From positions 164,134 through 228,133 of the forward strand of contig JAPOVT010000056.1 of NCBI GenBank assembly GCA_026708015.1: DNA of 64,000 bases. Direction: 5' to 3'. This document shows, piece by piece, positions 17,670-29,260 of this stretch. The notes beneath the pieces are model-generated. The model ran no database searches, was not told the DNA's origin, and saw only the letters and a list, made by a program, of their open reading frames with translations. Position 1 is the stretch's first letter. Each line of letters starts with the position of its first letter. This DNA comes from a bacterium. Its GTDB lineage: Bacteria; Actinomycetota; Acidimicrobiia; Acidimicrobiales; Bin134. Made by a program: the position numbers and the translations under genes.

Positions 17670-18857
17670 CTACTTGCGGCGCTTCTCGCGGGGCAGGCCG
17701 AGGCCGGCCATGCCGATGATGTCTCGCTGGATCTCGTTGGTGCCGCCGCCGAAGGTCAGAACCCAACAGCCCCGATAGGACTCCTCCATTCGGTGGGAGA
17801 AATCGGCGTGGGGTGAGCCCTTCTTCAGGTGCCCGGTGGCCCCCACCACCTCAGTCAACCCGGAATAGATGAGATGCATCGACTCCGAGCCCCACACCTT
17901 GATGGTGGATGCCAGCGCCGGGTTCAGGTTGGTGCCCACGGTGGACTCGTAGGCCACTTTCCAGTTCAACAGGTCCAAGAACTCCACCCGGGCCCGGCAC
18001 TCGGCCAGCTTGACCTGTACCCACTCCTGGTCGATAACCCGGCGGCCGTCGGGCAGCTTGGCTTCTTTGGCCCATTTGACTCCCTGGTTCACCAGATTGG
18101 CGATGCCCCCGGAGGCGCACAGCGACACCCGCTCGTGGTTGAGCTGGTTGGTGATGAGGCCCCAGCCTCCGTTCACCTCGCCCACCCGCAGCCAGTCGGG
18201 CACCCGCACGTTGTCGTAGAAGGTGGCCGTGGTGTGGCTGTTGCCCATGGTGACGAACGGCTGGATATCGAAGCCGGGGTCGTCGGCGGGCACCAAGAAC
18301 ATGGTGATGCCCTTGTGGGCGGGAGCATCGGGGTCGGTGCGGGCGGCCAGCCAGATGTAGTCGGCGTCATAGGCCAGGCTGGTGAACATCTTCTGGCCGT
18401 TGACGACCCACTCGTCACCGTCGCGTACCGCCTTGGTCTTGAGGGCGGCCAGGTCGGTGCCCGCGGTGGGCTCGGAATATCCGATAGAGAAGTGCATCTC
18501 CCCGGCCAGGATCTTCTTCAAGAAGAAGTCCTTCTGGCGGTCGGTGCCGTAATCCCGAATGGTGGGGCCGACCGTATTGATGGTGAGGAACGGCACCGGC
18601 ACCTGAGCAGCCCACGACTCGTTGAAGAAGATGTACTGCTCGATGGGGGTGAATCCCTTGCCGCCGTACTCCAGCGGCCAGCCCACTCCCAGCCAACCGT
18701 CGCTGCCGATCTGGCGGATCAGGGCCTTGTAGTCCTCGTTGGCTTCGGTCTCGGTGTGGCGGATCTTCTCGCGCACCTCATCGGTCATGAGGTTGGCGAA
18801 ATACGTCCGCAGCTCCTGTTGAAGCTCTAGCTGGTCATCGGTCAACTCGACGCGCAT
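17670..18857 (-). CDS. acyl-CoA dehydrogenase
   Basis: 'WLGVGWPLEYGG', 'SEPTAGTDLAALKT', 'TFGGGTNEIQRDIIG'. 17 nt upstream of the second ACAD. Confidence 0.85.
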   Translation of the reverse strand: MRVELTDDQLELQQELRTYFANLMTDEVREKIRHTETEANEDYKALIRQIGSDGWLGVGWPLEYGGKGFTPIEQYIFFNESWAAQVPVPFLTINTVGPTIRDYGTDRQKDFFLKKILAGEMHFSIGYSEPTAGTDLAALKTKAVRDGDEWVVNGQKMFTSLAYDADYIWLAARTDPDAPAHKGITMFLVPADDPGFDIQPFVTMGNSHTTATFYDNVRVPDWLRVGEVNGGWGLITNQLNHERVSLCASGGIANLVNQGVKWAKEAKLPDGRRVIDQEWVQVKLAECRARVEFLDLLNWKVAYESTVGTNLNPALASTIKVWGSESMHLIYSGLTEVVGATGHLKKGSPHADFSHRMEESYRGCWVLTFGGGTNEIQRDIIGMAGLGLPREKRRK

Positions 18858-18929
18858 AGCCCAAGTCTGGCAGTCCCGGCAAGAGCTGGGCTATCCAGGG
18901 TTGCCCGCTAGGCCGATAGCCTCTCGGCA

Positions 18930-19583
18930 ATGTTGGTCGTGGGGCTCACCGGAGGGATCGGGGCAGGGAAGTCCACCGCGGCGGCCCGGTTTGCCGAGCT
19001 GGGGGCGGCGGTGATCGACGTGGATGCCATTGGGCGAGAGGTGCTGGCCCCCGGAGGGCGGGCCGAGCGGGGAGTGATCGACGCCTTCGGACCCGGAATC
19101 ACCGACGACAACGGCAATATCGACCGGTCGAGAGTAGCCGCCGAAGTATTCGGGCGTCCCGACCGGTTGACTGCTCTGGAGGCCATCAGCCATCCGGCCA
19201 TCAACGCCGAATTGGAAATCCAGCTTTGGGGTTTGGCCGATGGGGGAGACGTGCAGGTGGTGATTCTCGACATGGCGGTGCTGACCGAGAGTCGACTCGG
19301 TCAGTTGGAGTCGGGGAGGGGCTACACCAAGGTTGTGGTGGTGGAGGCCCCTGAAGCAGTGCGCTTGCCCCGGCTGGTCGAGCGGGGACTCACCGAAGAG
19401 CAGGCCCGAGCCCGCATGGCCAGCCAGACCACCGACGCCCAGCGTCGGGCGATAGCCGACCATGTGATCGTGAACGATGGCACTCCGGAAGAGTTCGCCG
19501 TGGCCGTCGATCAGATTTGGGCCGAGCTGACTGGCGAGCAGATCAAGCCGATCAAGAACGGGGGATTGCGGCCCAGAGACTAG
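18930..19583 (+). CDS. coaE: dephospho-CoA kinase
   Basis: 'VVGLTGGIGAGKST', 'VIDVDAIGREVL', 'HPAINAEL'. Confidence 0.85.
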   Translation: MLVVGLTGGIGAGKSTAAARFAELGAAVIDVDAIGREVLAPGGRAERGVIDAFGPGITDDNGNIDRSRVAAEVFGRPDRLTALEAISHPAINAELEIQLWGLADGGDVQVVILDMAVLTESRLGQLESGRGYTKVVVVEAPEAVRLPRLVERGLTEEQARARMASQTTDAQRRAIADHVIVNDGTPEEFAVAVDQIWAELTGEQIKPIKNGGLRPRD

Positions 19584-19620
19584 GACGCTCGACTTTCGGC
19601 CAAAGAACGGGTCAGGGAAT

Positions 19621-20832
19621 CTATGCCGCGGGACGGACGGCTTCGGCTGGGTCCATTCGAGATGCCCTCCATGAGGGGTACATGCCGGCCACTAGCCCCA
19701 CTCCGACGGTCACGGCCAGCCCGATGGTGATGAATGAGAACTCGATGGTGAAGGGCCAGTCCAGCACCTGGGTGGCCACGGCCACCACCGCCAAGCCGAG
19801 CACGATGCCCATCAGGCCGCCGAAGAGGGTCAACAACACCGACTCGATGAGGAATTGGGCCGCGATGTGGGTCTTCTTGGCTCCCAATGCCCGGCGCACT
19901 CCTATCTCGCCCCGGCGCTCCAGCACCGAGATCAGCATGATGTTGCCTACCCCGATGGCGCCCACCACGATTATCACCACCACCAGCAGGCTGAGTAGGG
20001 ATTCAAAGTTCTCGCTGATGATTTCTCGGGCTTCCAGGTTCAGCGATGACACAGCCACCTCGCCGGGGGCTTCGGGATTGGCCTGTCGGGGGAGCAGCTC
20101 CCGGACTTGTTCGATCACATCCAGGTCGGCCTGCACCCAAATGCGCTCGGGATTGGCGTCGGCATCGTAGAGCTTCTCGGCCACGGAGAAGCCAATAAGC
20201 GCGGCTCGGTTCAAGGTCAGACCCTGGCTGATGGTGAAGGGTTCGAGCACTCCGATCACCGCGAACTCGTGTCCGGAGATGTGGACGGTGGGGTTGGCGT
20301 AGAGCCCATCGAAGCCCAATACCCCAGCTGTATCGGAGCCCAGCACCACGGTGGGCACATGCACGGTGGCGGCATCGTGGAATCGGCCGGCGGCCACCCC
20401 GCCTCGCAATGGGATGAGCAGGTCCAAGTCGGCCTCTTCTACCGCGAACAACCGAATGCCCCCCGTTTCCACTTCGGGAATGAGATCGGTCTTGCGGAGG
20501 GTTGCCGGCACACGGCGGATGGAGGCCACCACTTCGACTAGATCTCGCATGTGGGTGTCGATAGCCGCGGCTGCATCAGGCAGTAGTTCAGGGTCTCCGG
20601 CAAAGGAGGTTCCCGGGGTCAGCTCCAGCACGTCGATGCCTTGTTCCAGAAGATCGCGTTGCGCGTCGGCCTCCCCCGAATTGATGATGCCCACCAAAGC
20701 GATCAGCGATGCCACTCCGATTGCGATGCCGATGGCAGCCATGGCAGTGCGGCCTTTGCGGGTTCGCAGTCCAAGGGTGCCCAACGAGACGGCGTCGCGG
20801 CACCTCAGCCGACTGCGGGATCTATCCGTCAT
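19621..20832 (-). CDS. ABC transporter permease, MacB/FtsX type
   Basis: N-terminal TM helix, large periplasmic domain and a C-terminal FtsX-like 3-TM bundle ('RRGEIGVRRALGAKK'). Confidence 0.8.
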   Translation of the reverse strand: MTDRSRSRLRCRDAVSLGTLGLRTRKGRTAMAAIGIAIGVASLIALVGIINSGEADAQRDLLEQGIDVLELTPGTSFAGDPELLPDAAAAIDTHMRDLVEVVASIRRVPATLRKTDLIPEVETGGIRLFAVEEADLDLLIPLRGGVAAGRFHDAATVHVPTVVLGSDTAGVLGFDGLYANPTVHISGHEFAVIGVLEPFTISQGLTLNRAALIGFSVAEKLYDADANPERIWVQADLDVIEQVRELLPRQANPEAPGEVAVSSLNLEAREIISENFESLLSLLVVVIIVVGAIGVGNIMLISVLERRGEIGVRRALGAKKTHIAAQFLIESVLLTLFGGLMGIVLGLAVVAVATQVLDWPFTIEFSFITIGLAVTVGVGLVAGMYPSWRASRMDPAEAVRPAA

Positions 20833-20865
20833 GATGCCGCGTTTTGCTGGTTGCCGGGGTCCATA

Positions 20866-21561
20866 TCAGCCGTCTGCCGAGTCGCGGCTGATGAGGCCGT
20901 CGAGGATGGCCACTGAGCGGGGCATGCGGTCCGCCAGCTCTCGGTCATGGGTGATGATCACGATGGTCGAGCCCGCCCGGTTGAGTTCCAAGAAGAGCTC
21001 CACGATCTCCTCCGTGGTCTGGGAGTCGAGGTTCCCAGTGGGCTCGTCGGCCAGCACGATTGCCGGGTCACCCAACAGCGCTCGGGCGATGGCCACTCGC
21101 TGGCGTTCGCCGCCCGAGAGCTTTCCTGGTCGTTGGTTTATTCGGTGGCCAAGCCCGACACGATTCAGTACTTCCCGGGCCATCTGCCGCCGCCATCGGA
21201 GGCTGAGACCTTGATACAGGTTCCCGGTGGCCACGTTGTCCAGTGCGGTGAGCCCTTCCAGCAAGTGAAATTGCTGGAACACGAACCCGATGCGGTGGCC
21301 CCGCACCCCGGCCACCGCCCGATCTGACAAGTTCGAGAGTGTTTGTCCGTCTACGATCACCTCGCCAGAGGTGGGATGGTCCAGGGCTCCCATGATGTTC
21401 AACATGGTGCTCTTGCCCGATCCAGATGGCCCTACCACGGCCACCAACTCGCCGGCCCCAATCGTGAGGTTTACGCCGTCGAGAGCCCGCACCGGGGGAG
21501 AACCGGGGTAGTGCTTCACCACTTGGTGCAGCTCCAGCACCTTTCTGGGCTGTGTCAACAT
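20866..21561 (-). CDS. ABC transporter ATP-binding protein (MacB/LolD type)
   Basis: Walker A 'GPSGSGKST', signature '[15 protein letters not shown]', Walker B '[12 protein letters not shown]'. Start at ATG 21561. Confidence 0.9.
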   Translation of the reverse strand: MLTQPRKVLELHQVVKHYPGSPPVRALDGVNLTIGAGELVAVVGPSGSGKSTMLNIMGALDHPTSGEVIVDGQTLSNLSDRAVAGVRGHRIGFVFQQFHLLEGLTALDNVATGNLYQGLSLRWRRQMAREVLNRVGLGHRINQRPGKLSGGERQRVAIARALLGDPAIVLADEPTGNLDSQTTEEIVELFLELNRAGSTIVIITHDRELADRMPRSVAILDGLISRDSADG

Positions 21562-21589
21562 CCGAACGCCCCTCTTGGGCTTGAGGCGA

Positions 21590-23518
21590 CTAGGGAATTC
21601 GCACCCGGTCGCCCACCTGGAGGTCCCCGTCGGTGATCTCGACGAAAGCATCCACGAAAGTGCCCACCTGCACCGGGACCAAGGTGGTGGAATCGTCGTG
21701 TACCACCTCGACGGAGAACCCTCCGTCCACCGTGGCGATCAGCGCCGAGGCGGGGACCACGAGGGCGTTGGGGGTCACCTCTTTGGTGATGGTCCAATCC
21801 ACCGGAGCGGCGTCGAACCGGGATGATGCCTCACCGTCCAGCAGGACGATGATGACCTCGATGGTGGGATCTCCGGGGGCACCAGTCTGGGAGTTGACCA
21901 GTCGAGTAGCTACTCGGGCTACCTCTACTACCGCTCCGGGGGCAATGCGGCCGTCGGGCAGCTCCACCTCCACCCGGTCCAACCGATTGACGATCTCGGC
22001 ATCGGCGGGATCGAGATTGCTGACGATCTCCTGGTGCTGGCCGGTGATGCTGAAGGCAGCCGCTTGCGCAGAGATCGTCTGGCCTTCACTCACATTCACC
22101 GATGAGATGCGGATGGGTTCTTCGATGAACACCACAAAGCCCATTTCGATGGTGCCGGTCTCCTCGACTCCCAAGCGGTTTTGCCACTCTTCCACCACAT
22201 CTTCGGTGACTCGAGTGAATTCCTCGTCGATCGTCATGTCCTCATAGCCGGAAATTCTCATGTCGGCCATGGCTTGCTCTAGCTGCTCCACGTCGGGGCC
22301 GTCTTCCATGTCGCGCTCAAAACGCCGGTACATGGGGCGCTCGCCCCGCAACAGAATTACCGGGTAGCTGTTCACCTCGAAGAGCACGTCGCCAACGTCG
22401 AGCACCTCGCCCTCTTCGGGCAGACGACCGGTGACGATGCCCGCGGTGTTGGTGTGCAGTTGCTCAGGGTCGCCGTAGCCAAGCGTGCCGGAGAACTCTT
22501 CAATGTCCACTAGGTCGCGCCGCACGACTTCCGCGGTATTCAGCTCCTCGGTGTCTCGCAGAATGCTGGGACTTATCGTGGGGTTGGGGAGAGATGTCGT
22601 GCCTTCCGCCGCCGGCTGAGTAGCTGTGGCGCCCGAGGTGGGAGTTTGCGTACTGGTACCCGACGACTGGGCACCGGCGGTGCTCTGCGCGTTGCCGGAA
22701 GCCACTTGGGACGTGGGGGCCGGCTCATCGGTTGGAGGTGGTGCGGCTGCCTGATTGGGTTCTGCCCCCCCGAAGACCGGCAGGCACACCCTCAACCCGG
22801 CTTGGATCTCCGGGGTCACGCCGTCTCCGCCGCCGTCGCCCTGTCCGGGGAAGCCGGAATTGGGGTACTGGCCAAAGTCGGGGTCGGGGAAGTCATCAAT
22901 CCCCTGGTCTCGCATGCACTGGGAGAACGCCACCGCATTCTCTTCTCGCTCCACCTGCTGCACGTTGGTGTCCTGTTGGGGCGCGAGAGCAATCAGTTCG
23001 CTGAAGACGCTGGCGCATGTCTGGAGGGCCGGGGCCAAACCGGGTTGGGTGAAGCTAACTCCGGCCTCTTGCATGGCTCTGAGGAATGAAGCCTGATCGA
23101 CGATCTGCGAGCTGTCGATATCGGGGAAGTCGGGGAATCCCTCCTCACGGATGCAGCGGGAGAAGTCCACGAATGCCTCATCGCGCAAGCGCAGAAGCTC
23201 TTCTTCAGACAGCTCGCCTTCGGTGTCGGCCTGGGCGGGCACCAGTGTTTCAGACTCCTGATCTTGGTCCGGCTCCGCCGGGGGATTGGCGATCTGCTCA
23301 TTGTCCGGGTCTGGTACGGGATCTGGCTCGGCCGGGGGATTGGCGATGCGGTCCAGGGCTTCGAATAGGCCGTCGGGCAGCACCTCGCTGAGGTCGGTCG
23401 TCACTACATTGTCGGTTTCGCTGCCCGGGGCGGTCCCGCAGGCGGCTGCTGTCAAGGCGACGGCCAGCAGGGCGCCGGCTATCAACCTCTGGTGTCGAAT
23501 CCGTTTCGAGTGCTTCAT
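21590..23518 (-). CDS. lipoprotein; MacA/HlyD-like periplasmic adaptor with PG-binding-like domain and long acidic N-extension
   Basis: Signal and lipobox '[11 protein letters not shown]'. PG_binding-like '[19 protein letters not shown]...[14 protein letters not shown]'. Beta-barrel-type C-terminus. Sits upstream of the MacB-type ATPase and permease. Confidence 0.6.
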   Translation of the reverse strand: MKHSKRIRHQRLIAGALLAVALTAAACGTAPGSETDNVVTTDLSEVLPDGLFEALDRIANPPAEPDPVPDPDNEQIANPPAEPDQDQESETLVPAQADTEGELSEEELLRLRDEAFVDFSRCIREEGFPDFPDIDSSQIVDQASFLRAMQEAGVSFTQPGLAPALQTCASVFSELIALAPQQDTNVQQVEREENAVAFSQCMRDQGIDDFPDPDFGQYPNSGFPGQGDGGGDGVTPEIQAGLRVCLPVFGGAEPNQAAAPPPTDEPAPTSQVASGNAQSTAGAQSSGTSTQTPTSGATATQPAAEGTTSLPNPTISPSILRDTEELNTAEVVRRDLVDIEEFSGTLGYGDPEQLHTNTAGIVTGRLPEEGEVLDVGDVLFEVNSYPVILLRGERPMYRRFERDMEDGPDVEQLEQAMADMRISGYEDMTIDEEFTRVTEDVVEEWQNRLGVEETGTIEMGFVVFIEEPIRISSVNVSEGQTISAQAAAFSITGQHQEIVSNLDPADAEIVNRLDRVEVELPDGRIAPGAVVEVARVATRLVNSQTGAPGDPTIEVIIVLLDGEASSRFDAAPVDWTITKEVTPNALVVPASALIATVDGGFSVEVVHDDSTTLVPVQVGTFVDAFVEITDGDLQVGDRVRIP

Positions 23519-24354
23519 TTTGAGTCCAGTCCAAATAAGCGGCGGGCGTTGCCTCCTGCTATCGCAACCTTGTCCTCGTCGGACAGGTCAGATTCCAGAA
23601 GCTGGCCCAAGATATGGCTGATGCGTTGGCCCAAGGGCCAGGAGTAGAGATCGGTTCCGTACACATAGCGGTGAGCGCCATGCTGGCGCACATGGTTGGC
23701 AATGAAGTCGAAATTGTACGAAAGACTGCAATCAAACACCAGATTGGGGCAGGTGGCGGCCAGATGGCCGCAGTGCTTGGTGCCCTCGTGGGTGGAGTAT
23801 CCGTCCAGCACCAACATGGTGAGATTCGGGTGGCGGGAGGCCAGTTGCCCCACCTTCCACAGCGACTCCTCCGCGGTTTCGTCCAATGCGTGGACCACCG
23901 GGAGTAGGCCCAACTCGCCCATGGCCCCCACGTAGGTGGTCACCCAGTGGTTGTCGATGCTCACCCCTTGGAAACGGGTGTGAAAGCTCATGCCCACGAG
24001 GTTCAGCGGCCCGGCAGCTCGCTCCAATTCCCCGAGGCTGACCTCGCCGTCGCGGGGCTCCACGATGCCGATGGCCACCGGGAAGCGGTCGGGAGTGGCG
24101 TCTCGGTAGGCGGCTATGTTGTCGTTCACCGCCTGAGTGTCGGCATGGCCGTTGGGCCGCAGATAGCCGTGGCCGGGGATGACTGCGGCCTGGTCAATGC
24201 CGCCGGCATCCATGATTTCGATTCGCTTGGACAGTTCCAAGGCGGCATAGGCATCGGGATCGGGCGCCTGCTCAGGTGGTAGGCCCAGCGCCCCCGAGGC
24301 ATCGCCCACATGATGGTGGACGTCGAAGACCGATATTCCCGACGAGCTGCCCAC
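23515..24354 (-). CDS. amidohydrolase-2 family metal-dependent hydrolase/decarboxylase
   Basis: N-terminal 'VFDVHHHV' metal motif and a TIM-barrel-like length of 279 aa. Confidence 0.7.
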   Translation of the reverse strand: MGSSSGISVFDVHHHVGDASGALGLPPEQAPDPDAYAALELSKRIEIMDAGGIDQAAVIPGHGYLRPNGHADTQAVNDNIAAYRDATPDRFPVAIGIVEPRDGEVSLGELERAAGPLNLVGMSFHTRFQGVSIDNHWVTTYVGAMGELGLLPVVHALDETAEESLWKVGQLASRHPNLTMLVLDGYSTHEGTKHCGHLAATCPNLVFDCSLSYNFDFIANHVRQHGAHRYVYGTDLYSWPLGQRISHILGQLLESDLSDEDKVAIAGGNARRLFGLDSK

Positions 24355-24356
24355 CG

Positions 24357-25187
24357 TTATCTCCGCTTGAAATTCGGCTTTCGCTTCTGGCTGAAGGCCA
24401 GCGGACCTTCTTTGGCGTCGTCGCTCTGGAATACCTTCCAGCCGTATTCGAACTCGTGGGCTAGGGCCTCTTCCTCGGTCATGCCATCGGTCTCATGCAG
24501 GGTGCGCAAAATGGCCTCCACCGCCAGCGGCCCGTTCTCGCAGATGGTTGCGGCGATTTCCTTGGCCTTGTCCAAGGCCTGGCCATCGGGCACCACATGG
24601 CCGACCAAGCCGATGTCCTTGGCTTCGGCTGCGGTGATGTGCTTTCCGGTAAGCAAAATCTCAGCGGCGACGGTGTAGGGGATCTGGCGGCGCAAGCGCA
24701 CTGCGGAGCCGCCCATGGGGTAGAGCGACCAGCGGGCCTCGGACACTCCGAACCGGGCGCTCTCCCCGGCTACCCGGATGTCCATGGCCTGGAGGATTTC
24801 GGTGCCCCCGGCGATGGCCACCCCCTCTACCGCGGCGATGATCGGCTTGGTAGGCCGGTAGCTGCGCAGCAATGCCTTCCAGTGGAGCTCGGGATCAGCC
24901 GCCTGGCGGGCGGCCACGTCGATCTCGGGGTCGGCGTTGCCCGCATCGCCGCTCATGGCCTTGAGGTCGGCGCCCGAGCTGAAGTTCCCCCCGGCGCCGG
25001 TCACAATGATGCAGCGGATGTCGTCGTTGTTGTCCGCCTCGTAGTAGGCGTCCAACATCCGCACCATCATCGCCCCCGACAAGGCGTTGTAGCGCTCAGG
25101 ACGGTTCATGGTGATGATGATTGATTGACCGTCTCGTTCCACGATGGCGTCGGGCACCGGCTGGTCTCCTTTGTACGAGGCCGCCAA
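24357..25187 (-). CDS. enoyl-CoA hydratase/isomerase (crotonase) family
   Basis: '[12 protein letters not shown]', '[15 protein letters not shown]', '[16 protein letters not shown]'. Confidence 0.8.
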   Translation of the reverse strand: MAASYKGDQPVPDAIVERDGQSIIITMNRPERYNALSGAMMVRMLDAYYEADNNDDIRCIIVTGAGGNFSSGADLKAMSGDAGNADPEIDVAARQAADPELHWKALLRSYRPTKPIIAAVEGVAIAGGTEILQAMDIRVAGESARFGVSEARWSLYPMGGSAVRLRRQIPYTVAAEILLTGKHITAAEAKDIGLVGHVVPDGQALDKAKEIAATICENGPLAVEAILRTLHETDGMTEEEALAHEFEYGWKVFQSDDAKEGPLAFSQKRKPNFKRR

Positions 25188-25243
25188 TCTGGCAGCCCCC
25201 GAAAACTAGTGGGCCGGTGGGTTCTGGGGCGAAACGGCTGGAG

Positions 25244-28147
25244 TTACTGGAAGTCCTCGATGGGCGGGCAGGCGCAGAAGACGTTCTTGTCACCGTGGGC
25301 ACCGTCGATGCGCCCGACAGGGCACCAGTACTTGCGCTCGCGGATCTCTGGAAGGGCGAAGGCGGCTTGCTCTCGGGAATAGGGGCGGTCCCACTCGTCG
25401 TCGGCGATCACCGCCGCGGTATGAGGGGCGCGGCGCAGGGGGCTGTCTTCCATGGCGATGATCCCGTCGGCCACATGGTCGATCTCGGCTCTGATGGCAG
25501 TCATGGCTGCCACGAATCGGTCGAGTTCAGCTTTAGACTCCGACTCGGTGGGCTCGACCATCAGCGTGCCGGCCACTGGGAACGACACCGTGGGGGCGTG
25601 GAAGCCAAAGTCGATGAGCCGTTTGGCCACATCCTCCACGGTGACGCCGGTCTGGGCGTGGAGGGGACGCAGGTCGATGATGCACTCATGGGCCACTAGG
25701 CCGTTCTCGCCGGTGTAGAGCACCGGAAACAGGCCGTCGAGGCGCTTGGCCAGGTAGTTGGCGCTGAGCAGGGCCACTCCAGTGGCCTCCGTTAACCCCT
25801 CGCCTCCCATGGCGACGATGTAGGCCCAGGAGATGGGCAAGATCCCGGCCGATCCCCAGGGGGCGGCGGAAACCGCCCCCACTCCGGTGGAAGGGCCTGC
25901 TTCGGCTACCACCGGGTGGTTGGGCAGGAAGGGGGCCAAATGCGGGCCTACCACCACCGGCCCGACGCCCGGCCCGCCGCCGCCGTGAGGAATGCAGAAC
26001 GTCTTGTGGAGGTTCAGGTGGGATACGTCGGCGCCGAATTGGCCGGGTTGGGCCACCCCCACCAAGGCGTTGAGATTGGCCCCGTCGAGATAAACCTGCC
26101 CGCCGTGAGCGTGAATCAGGTCGCACACCTCGGTCACGGTGGCCTCGTATACCCCGTGAGTAGACGGGTAGGTGATCATCAGAGCGCTGAGACGGTCGTC
26201 GTGCTCCTCGACATTGGTCTTGAGGTCTTCCATGTCCACGTTGCCGTCGTCGTCGCATTTGACCACCACGACCTTCATGCCGGCCATGACTGCGCTGGCC
26301 GCATTGGTGCCGTGGGCAGAAGCGGGAATCAAGCAGATATCCCGTTGGGATTCGCCTCGGGCCGCGTGATAGCCCCGGATGGCCAAGAGCCCGGCGAGTT
26401 CGCCCTGCGAGCCGGCGTTGGGCTGGAGCGACACCGCGGCATAGCCGGTGATGGTCACCAGCATCTGTTCCAGTCCGTGGATCAATGCCCGGTAGCCCTC
26501 GGTCTGATCCGACGGGGCGAAGGGGTGAATGGCGGCGAACTCGGGCCAGCTCACCGGCTCCATCTGGGTGGTGGCGTTGAGCTTCATGGTGCAAGACCCC
26601 AACGGGATCATGGTGCGGTCGAGGGCTAGGTCTTTGGACGCGAGGTGGCGCAGGTAGCGCAGCATCTCGGTCTCGCTGTGGTAGCTGTGGAAAGTGGGGT
26701 GGGTGAGGTAGTCGCTGGTTCGGACGCCGTCCGGGGGCAGGGCGTCTGGGGTTTCGGCATCGAGGGTGTCAATGTCGTCAACGCCAGCGGCAATCCCGAA
26801 TGCCCGCCACAGGGCGGTCACGGTGGCCCGAGTGGTGGTTTCGTCCAGCGAGAACGCCACGGTGTCGTCGTCCACTGGGCGCAAATTGAGTCCCTCGGCC
26901 AGTGCGACCGCCATGACATCGGAGGCACGATCGGGCACATGGACGGTGACAGTGTCGAAGAAGTGCTCGGTGGCCAACTCGAAACCAGCCTGACGTAGCC
27001 CGGCAGCGGCAATGGCGGTCAGGCGGTGGACCCTTCGAGCGATACGATCCAGCCCCTCAGGGCCGTGGTAAACGGCATACATGGAGGCCATCACGGCCAA
27101 CAGCACCTGGGCGGTGCAGATGTTGCTGGTGGCCTTCTCCCGGCGAATGTGCTGCTCTCGAGTTTGAAGGGTCAGCCGGTAGGCCACCGACCCGGCGTCG
27201 TCGATCGACACACCCGCCAGTCGCCCGGGCAGCGATCGCATGGCAGATTCGGGCACCGCGATGAAACCGGCGTGGGGACCGCCGAAGCCCAACGGAACCC
27301 CGAACCGCTGCGACGAGCCCACCACCGCGTCGGCCCCCAGCTCGCCGGGCGGCGTTAACAGGCAAAGGGCCAGAAGGTCGGTGGCCACTGCCACCAGGGC
27401 GTTGACATTGTGGGCGGCGGCGATGATTGCGCTCAGGTCGCCGATGCGCCCCGAACTTCCGGGATGCGACACCAGGACCCCGAACGCCCCGTCGGCGAGC
27501 TCTTCGATGTTGGCCTGCTCCAAGTCGGCGATCACGACCTCGATTCCCAGTGGTTCGGCCCGAGTGGCCACCACGTCGATGGTCTGGGGGTGGGTGTCGG
27601 CGTCGACGATGAACCGGTCGTCGGGCGCCTTGCGATTGATCCGCCGCAGCAGCGTCATGGCCTCGGCCGCCGCGGTGCCCTCGTCGAGAAGCGACGCGTT
27701 GGCCATGCCCATGGCGCAAAGGTCGGTGACCATGGTCTGGAAGTTGACCAGCGCCTCCAGGCGCCCCTGTGAAATCTCGGGCTGGTAGGGGGTGTAGGCG
27801 GTGTACCAGGCCGGATTCTCCAGCACGTTGCGGCGGATCACCGGCGGGGTGATGGTGTCGTAGTAGCCCATGCCGATCAGCGAGGCGACCACCGTGTTGC
27901 GGTCGGCGAGTTCCCGCAGCGCCTCGGTGGTAGCTGCCTCCGTCAGGCCTGGCGGTAGCTCCAATGGGGAATCGGAGCGGATGTTGGGCGGTACGGCGGC
28001 GTCCACCAGATCAGCGAGGCTGTCGTAGCCCAACTCTTCCAGCATCGCCTCTTGGTCGTCGGGGCTGGGGCCGATGTGGCGGGCTTGGAACTCATCAGGG
28101 TTCTCCAGTGCAGCCAGGATGTATGGAGTGTCTGGCGGGGATGACAT
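25244..28147 (-). CDS. gcvP: glycine dehydrogenase (decarboxylating), single-chain P-protein
   Basis: 967 aa. '[21 protein letters not shown]', '[16 protein letters not shown]', '[18 protein letters not shown]'. Confidence 0.95.
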   Translation of the reverse strand: MSSPPDTPYILAALENPDEFQARHIGPSPDDQEAMLEELGYDSLADLVDAAVPPNIRSDSPLELPPGLTEAATTEALRELADRNTVVASLIGMGYYDTITPPVIRRNVLENPAWYTAYTPYQPEISQGRLEALVNFQTMVTDLCAMGMANASLLDEGTAAAEAMTLLRRINRKAPDDRFIVDADTHPQTIDVVATRAEPLGIEVVIADLEQANIEELADGAFGVLVSHPGSSGRIGDLSAIIAAAHNVNALVAVATDLLALCLLTPPGELGADAVVGSSQRFGVPLGFGGPHAGFIAVPESAMRSLPGRLAGVSIDDAGSVAYRLTLQTREQHIRREKATSNICTAQVLLAVMASMYAVYHGPEGLDRIARRVHRLTAIAAAGLRQAGFELATEHFFDTVTVHVPDRASDVMAVALAEGLNLRPVDDDTVAFSLDETTTRATVTALWRAFGIAAGVDDIDTLDAETPDALPPDGVRTSDYLTHPTFHSYHSETEMLRYLRHLASKDLALDRTMIPLGSCTMKLNATTQMEPVSWPEFAAIHPFAPSDQTEGYRALIHGLEQMLVTITGYAAVSLQPNAGSQGELAGLLAIRGYHAARGESQRDICLIPASAHGTNAASAVMAGMKVVVVKCDDDGNVDMEDLKTNVEEHDDRLSALMITYPSTHGVYEATVTEVCDLIHAHGGQVYLDGANLNALVGVAQPGQFGADVSHLNLHKTFCIPHGGGGPGVGPVVVGPHLAPFLPNHPVVAEAGPSTGVGAVSAAPWGSAGILPISWAYIVAMGGEGLTEATGVALLSANYLAKRLDGLFPVLYTGENGLVAHECIIDLRPLHAQTGVTVEDVAKRLIDFGFHAPTVSFPVAGTLMVEPTESESKAELDRFVAAMTAIRAEIDHVADGIIAMEDSPLRRAPHTAAVIADDEWDRPYSREQAAFALPEIRERKYWCPVGRIDGAHGDKNVFCACPPIEDFQ

Positions 28148-28162
28148 GGCAGGTTCGAGGAA

Positions 28163-29260
28163 CTAGGGGGCTAGCGCGGCTCCATCAGCCAGTCCGTAGC
28201 GGTTGAACGGTCCGAAAAAGCCGTGTTCATACAGGCCGTAGCCCACGTTGCCCTCATAGCTGTAGCGGGCCACATGGTCCACCACCCCGTACTGTCCGAT
28301 CGGCTTGACTTCCTTCTCAACGCTCAACACCTTGCCCTGCACTACCAGTTCGGGCCCCTGGTACATGCCGTGGCGCCAATCGGCGTCCATGCCGTACCCG
28401 GTGCCCATCGAGACAAAGTTTACCAGCAGGGGCTGGCAGTCGATTTCAATGCCAGTCTCGGGAAACGAGATCGTGGAGTGGGTAAGCACCCGGGTGCCCG
28501 ATTCGAACGTGTGTTCGTGCTCGGGGCGGCCCAAGTCCTCGTCAGGGCGACCGTCGGCCCAGACCCTCTTGCCTTCGACCAATCGCCGACTTCCGTCGTC
28601 CTCCTCGTTGTTCATGTAGAGCACGGCGTGGTCGTCGAACATCATCGGAAAGTAGTTCCACATGCCAGCCATGACGTTGACGCCCTGGCGGATGCCGTCG
28701 GTCTCAGGCTCGCCCACCGGGCGGATACCCCACGAACGGTCGCGGGCGCCGCCCCAACGGTCAGGGGTGACCGCGAAGTCCTCGCCGCCCACTGAAAGGG
28801 TGCCCTCCCACCGGCCAAGCTGGGCGAAGCGCTGGGTGTTGAACACCACCCGCCCTTCGCTGCGGATGAACTGGTTGGGCTCTTCGATAGCCCGGATCGA
28901 CGCATCCCAGGTCACGTCCATGGCGATGGTGTGCTCGTTGGGCTCCACGATGAAGCGCACTTTCTGGAGGGGCTCGATGACCTCGATCCGCATGGGACCG
29001 ACCGACATGTCCATGCGGTCGGTGAGCGGTCGGGAGCCTCGAATCACATGGTGCTCGTCGTTCCGGCGCACACAGCAGAAGGCGTCGTGAACGCCCAGGT
29101 TGGGATATTGGCCCATGCCGAAGATGGCAAACAGCTCGTCGCTGGAGCCGTGCATGCAGAAGTAGTTGCGGTCGTAGAAATTGCGGTCGGAGGTGGCGAC
29201 ATTGCGGATCCAATCAGGGGACTGGTGAACCGGGAACTCGTCCCAGGATGAGATGGCCAT
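28163..29260 (-). CDS. conserved hypothetical protein (365 aa), family not recognised
   Basis: Clean non-low-complexity ORF from ATG 29260 (MAISSWDEFPVHQSPDW...) containing 'DRSWGIRP'. Ends 15 nt before the gcvP start. No motif I can name with confidence. Confidence 0.6.
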   Translation of the reverse strand: MAISSWDEFPVHQSPDWIRNVATSDRNFYDRNYFCMHGSSDELFAIFGMGQYPNLGVHDAFCCVRRNDEHHVIRGSRPLTDRMDMSVGPMRIEVIEPLQKVRFIVEPNEHTIAMDVTWDASIRAIEEPNQFIRSEGRVVFNTQRFAQLGRWEGTLSVGGEDFAVTPDRWGGARDRSWGIRPVGEPETDGIRQGVNVMAGMWNYFPMMFDDHAVLYMNNEEDDGSRRLVEGKRVWADGRPDEDLGRPEHEHTFESGTRVLTHSTISFPETGIEIDCQPLLVNFVSMGTGYGMDADWRHGMYQGPELVVQGKVLSVEKEVKPIGQYGVVDHVARYSYEGNVGYGLYEHGFFGPFNRYGLADGAALAP

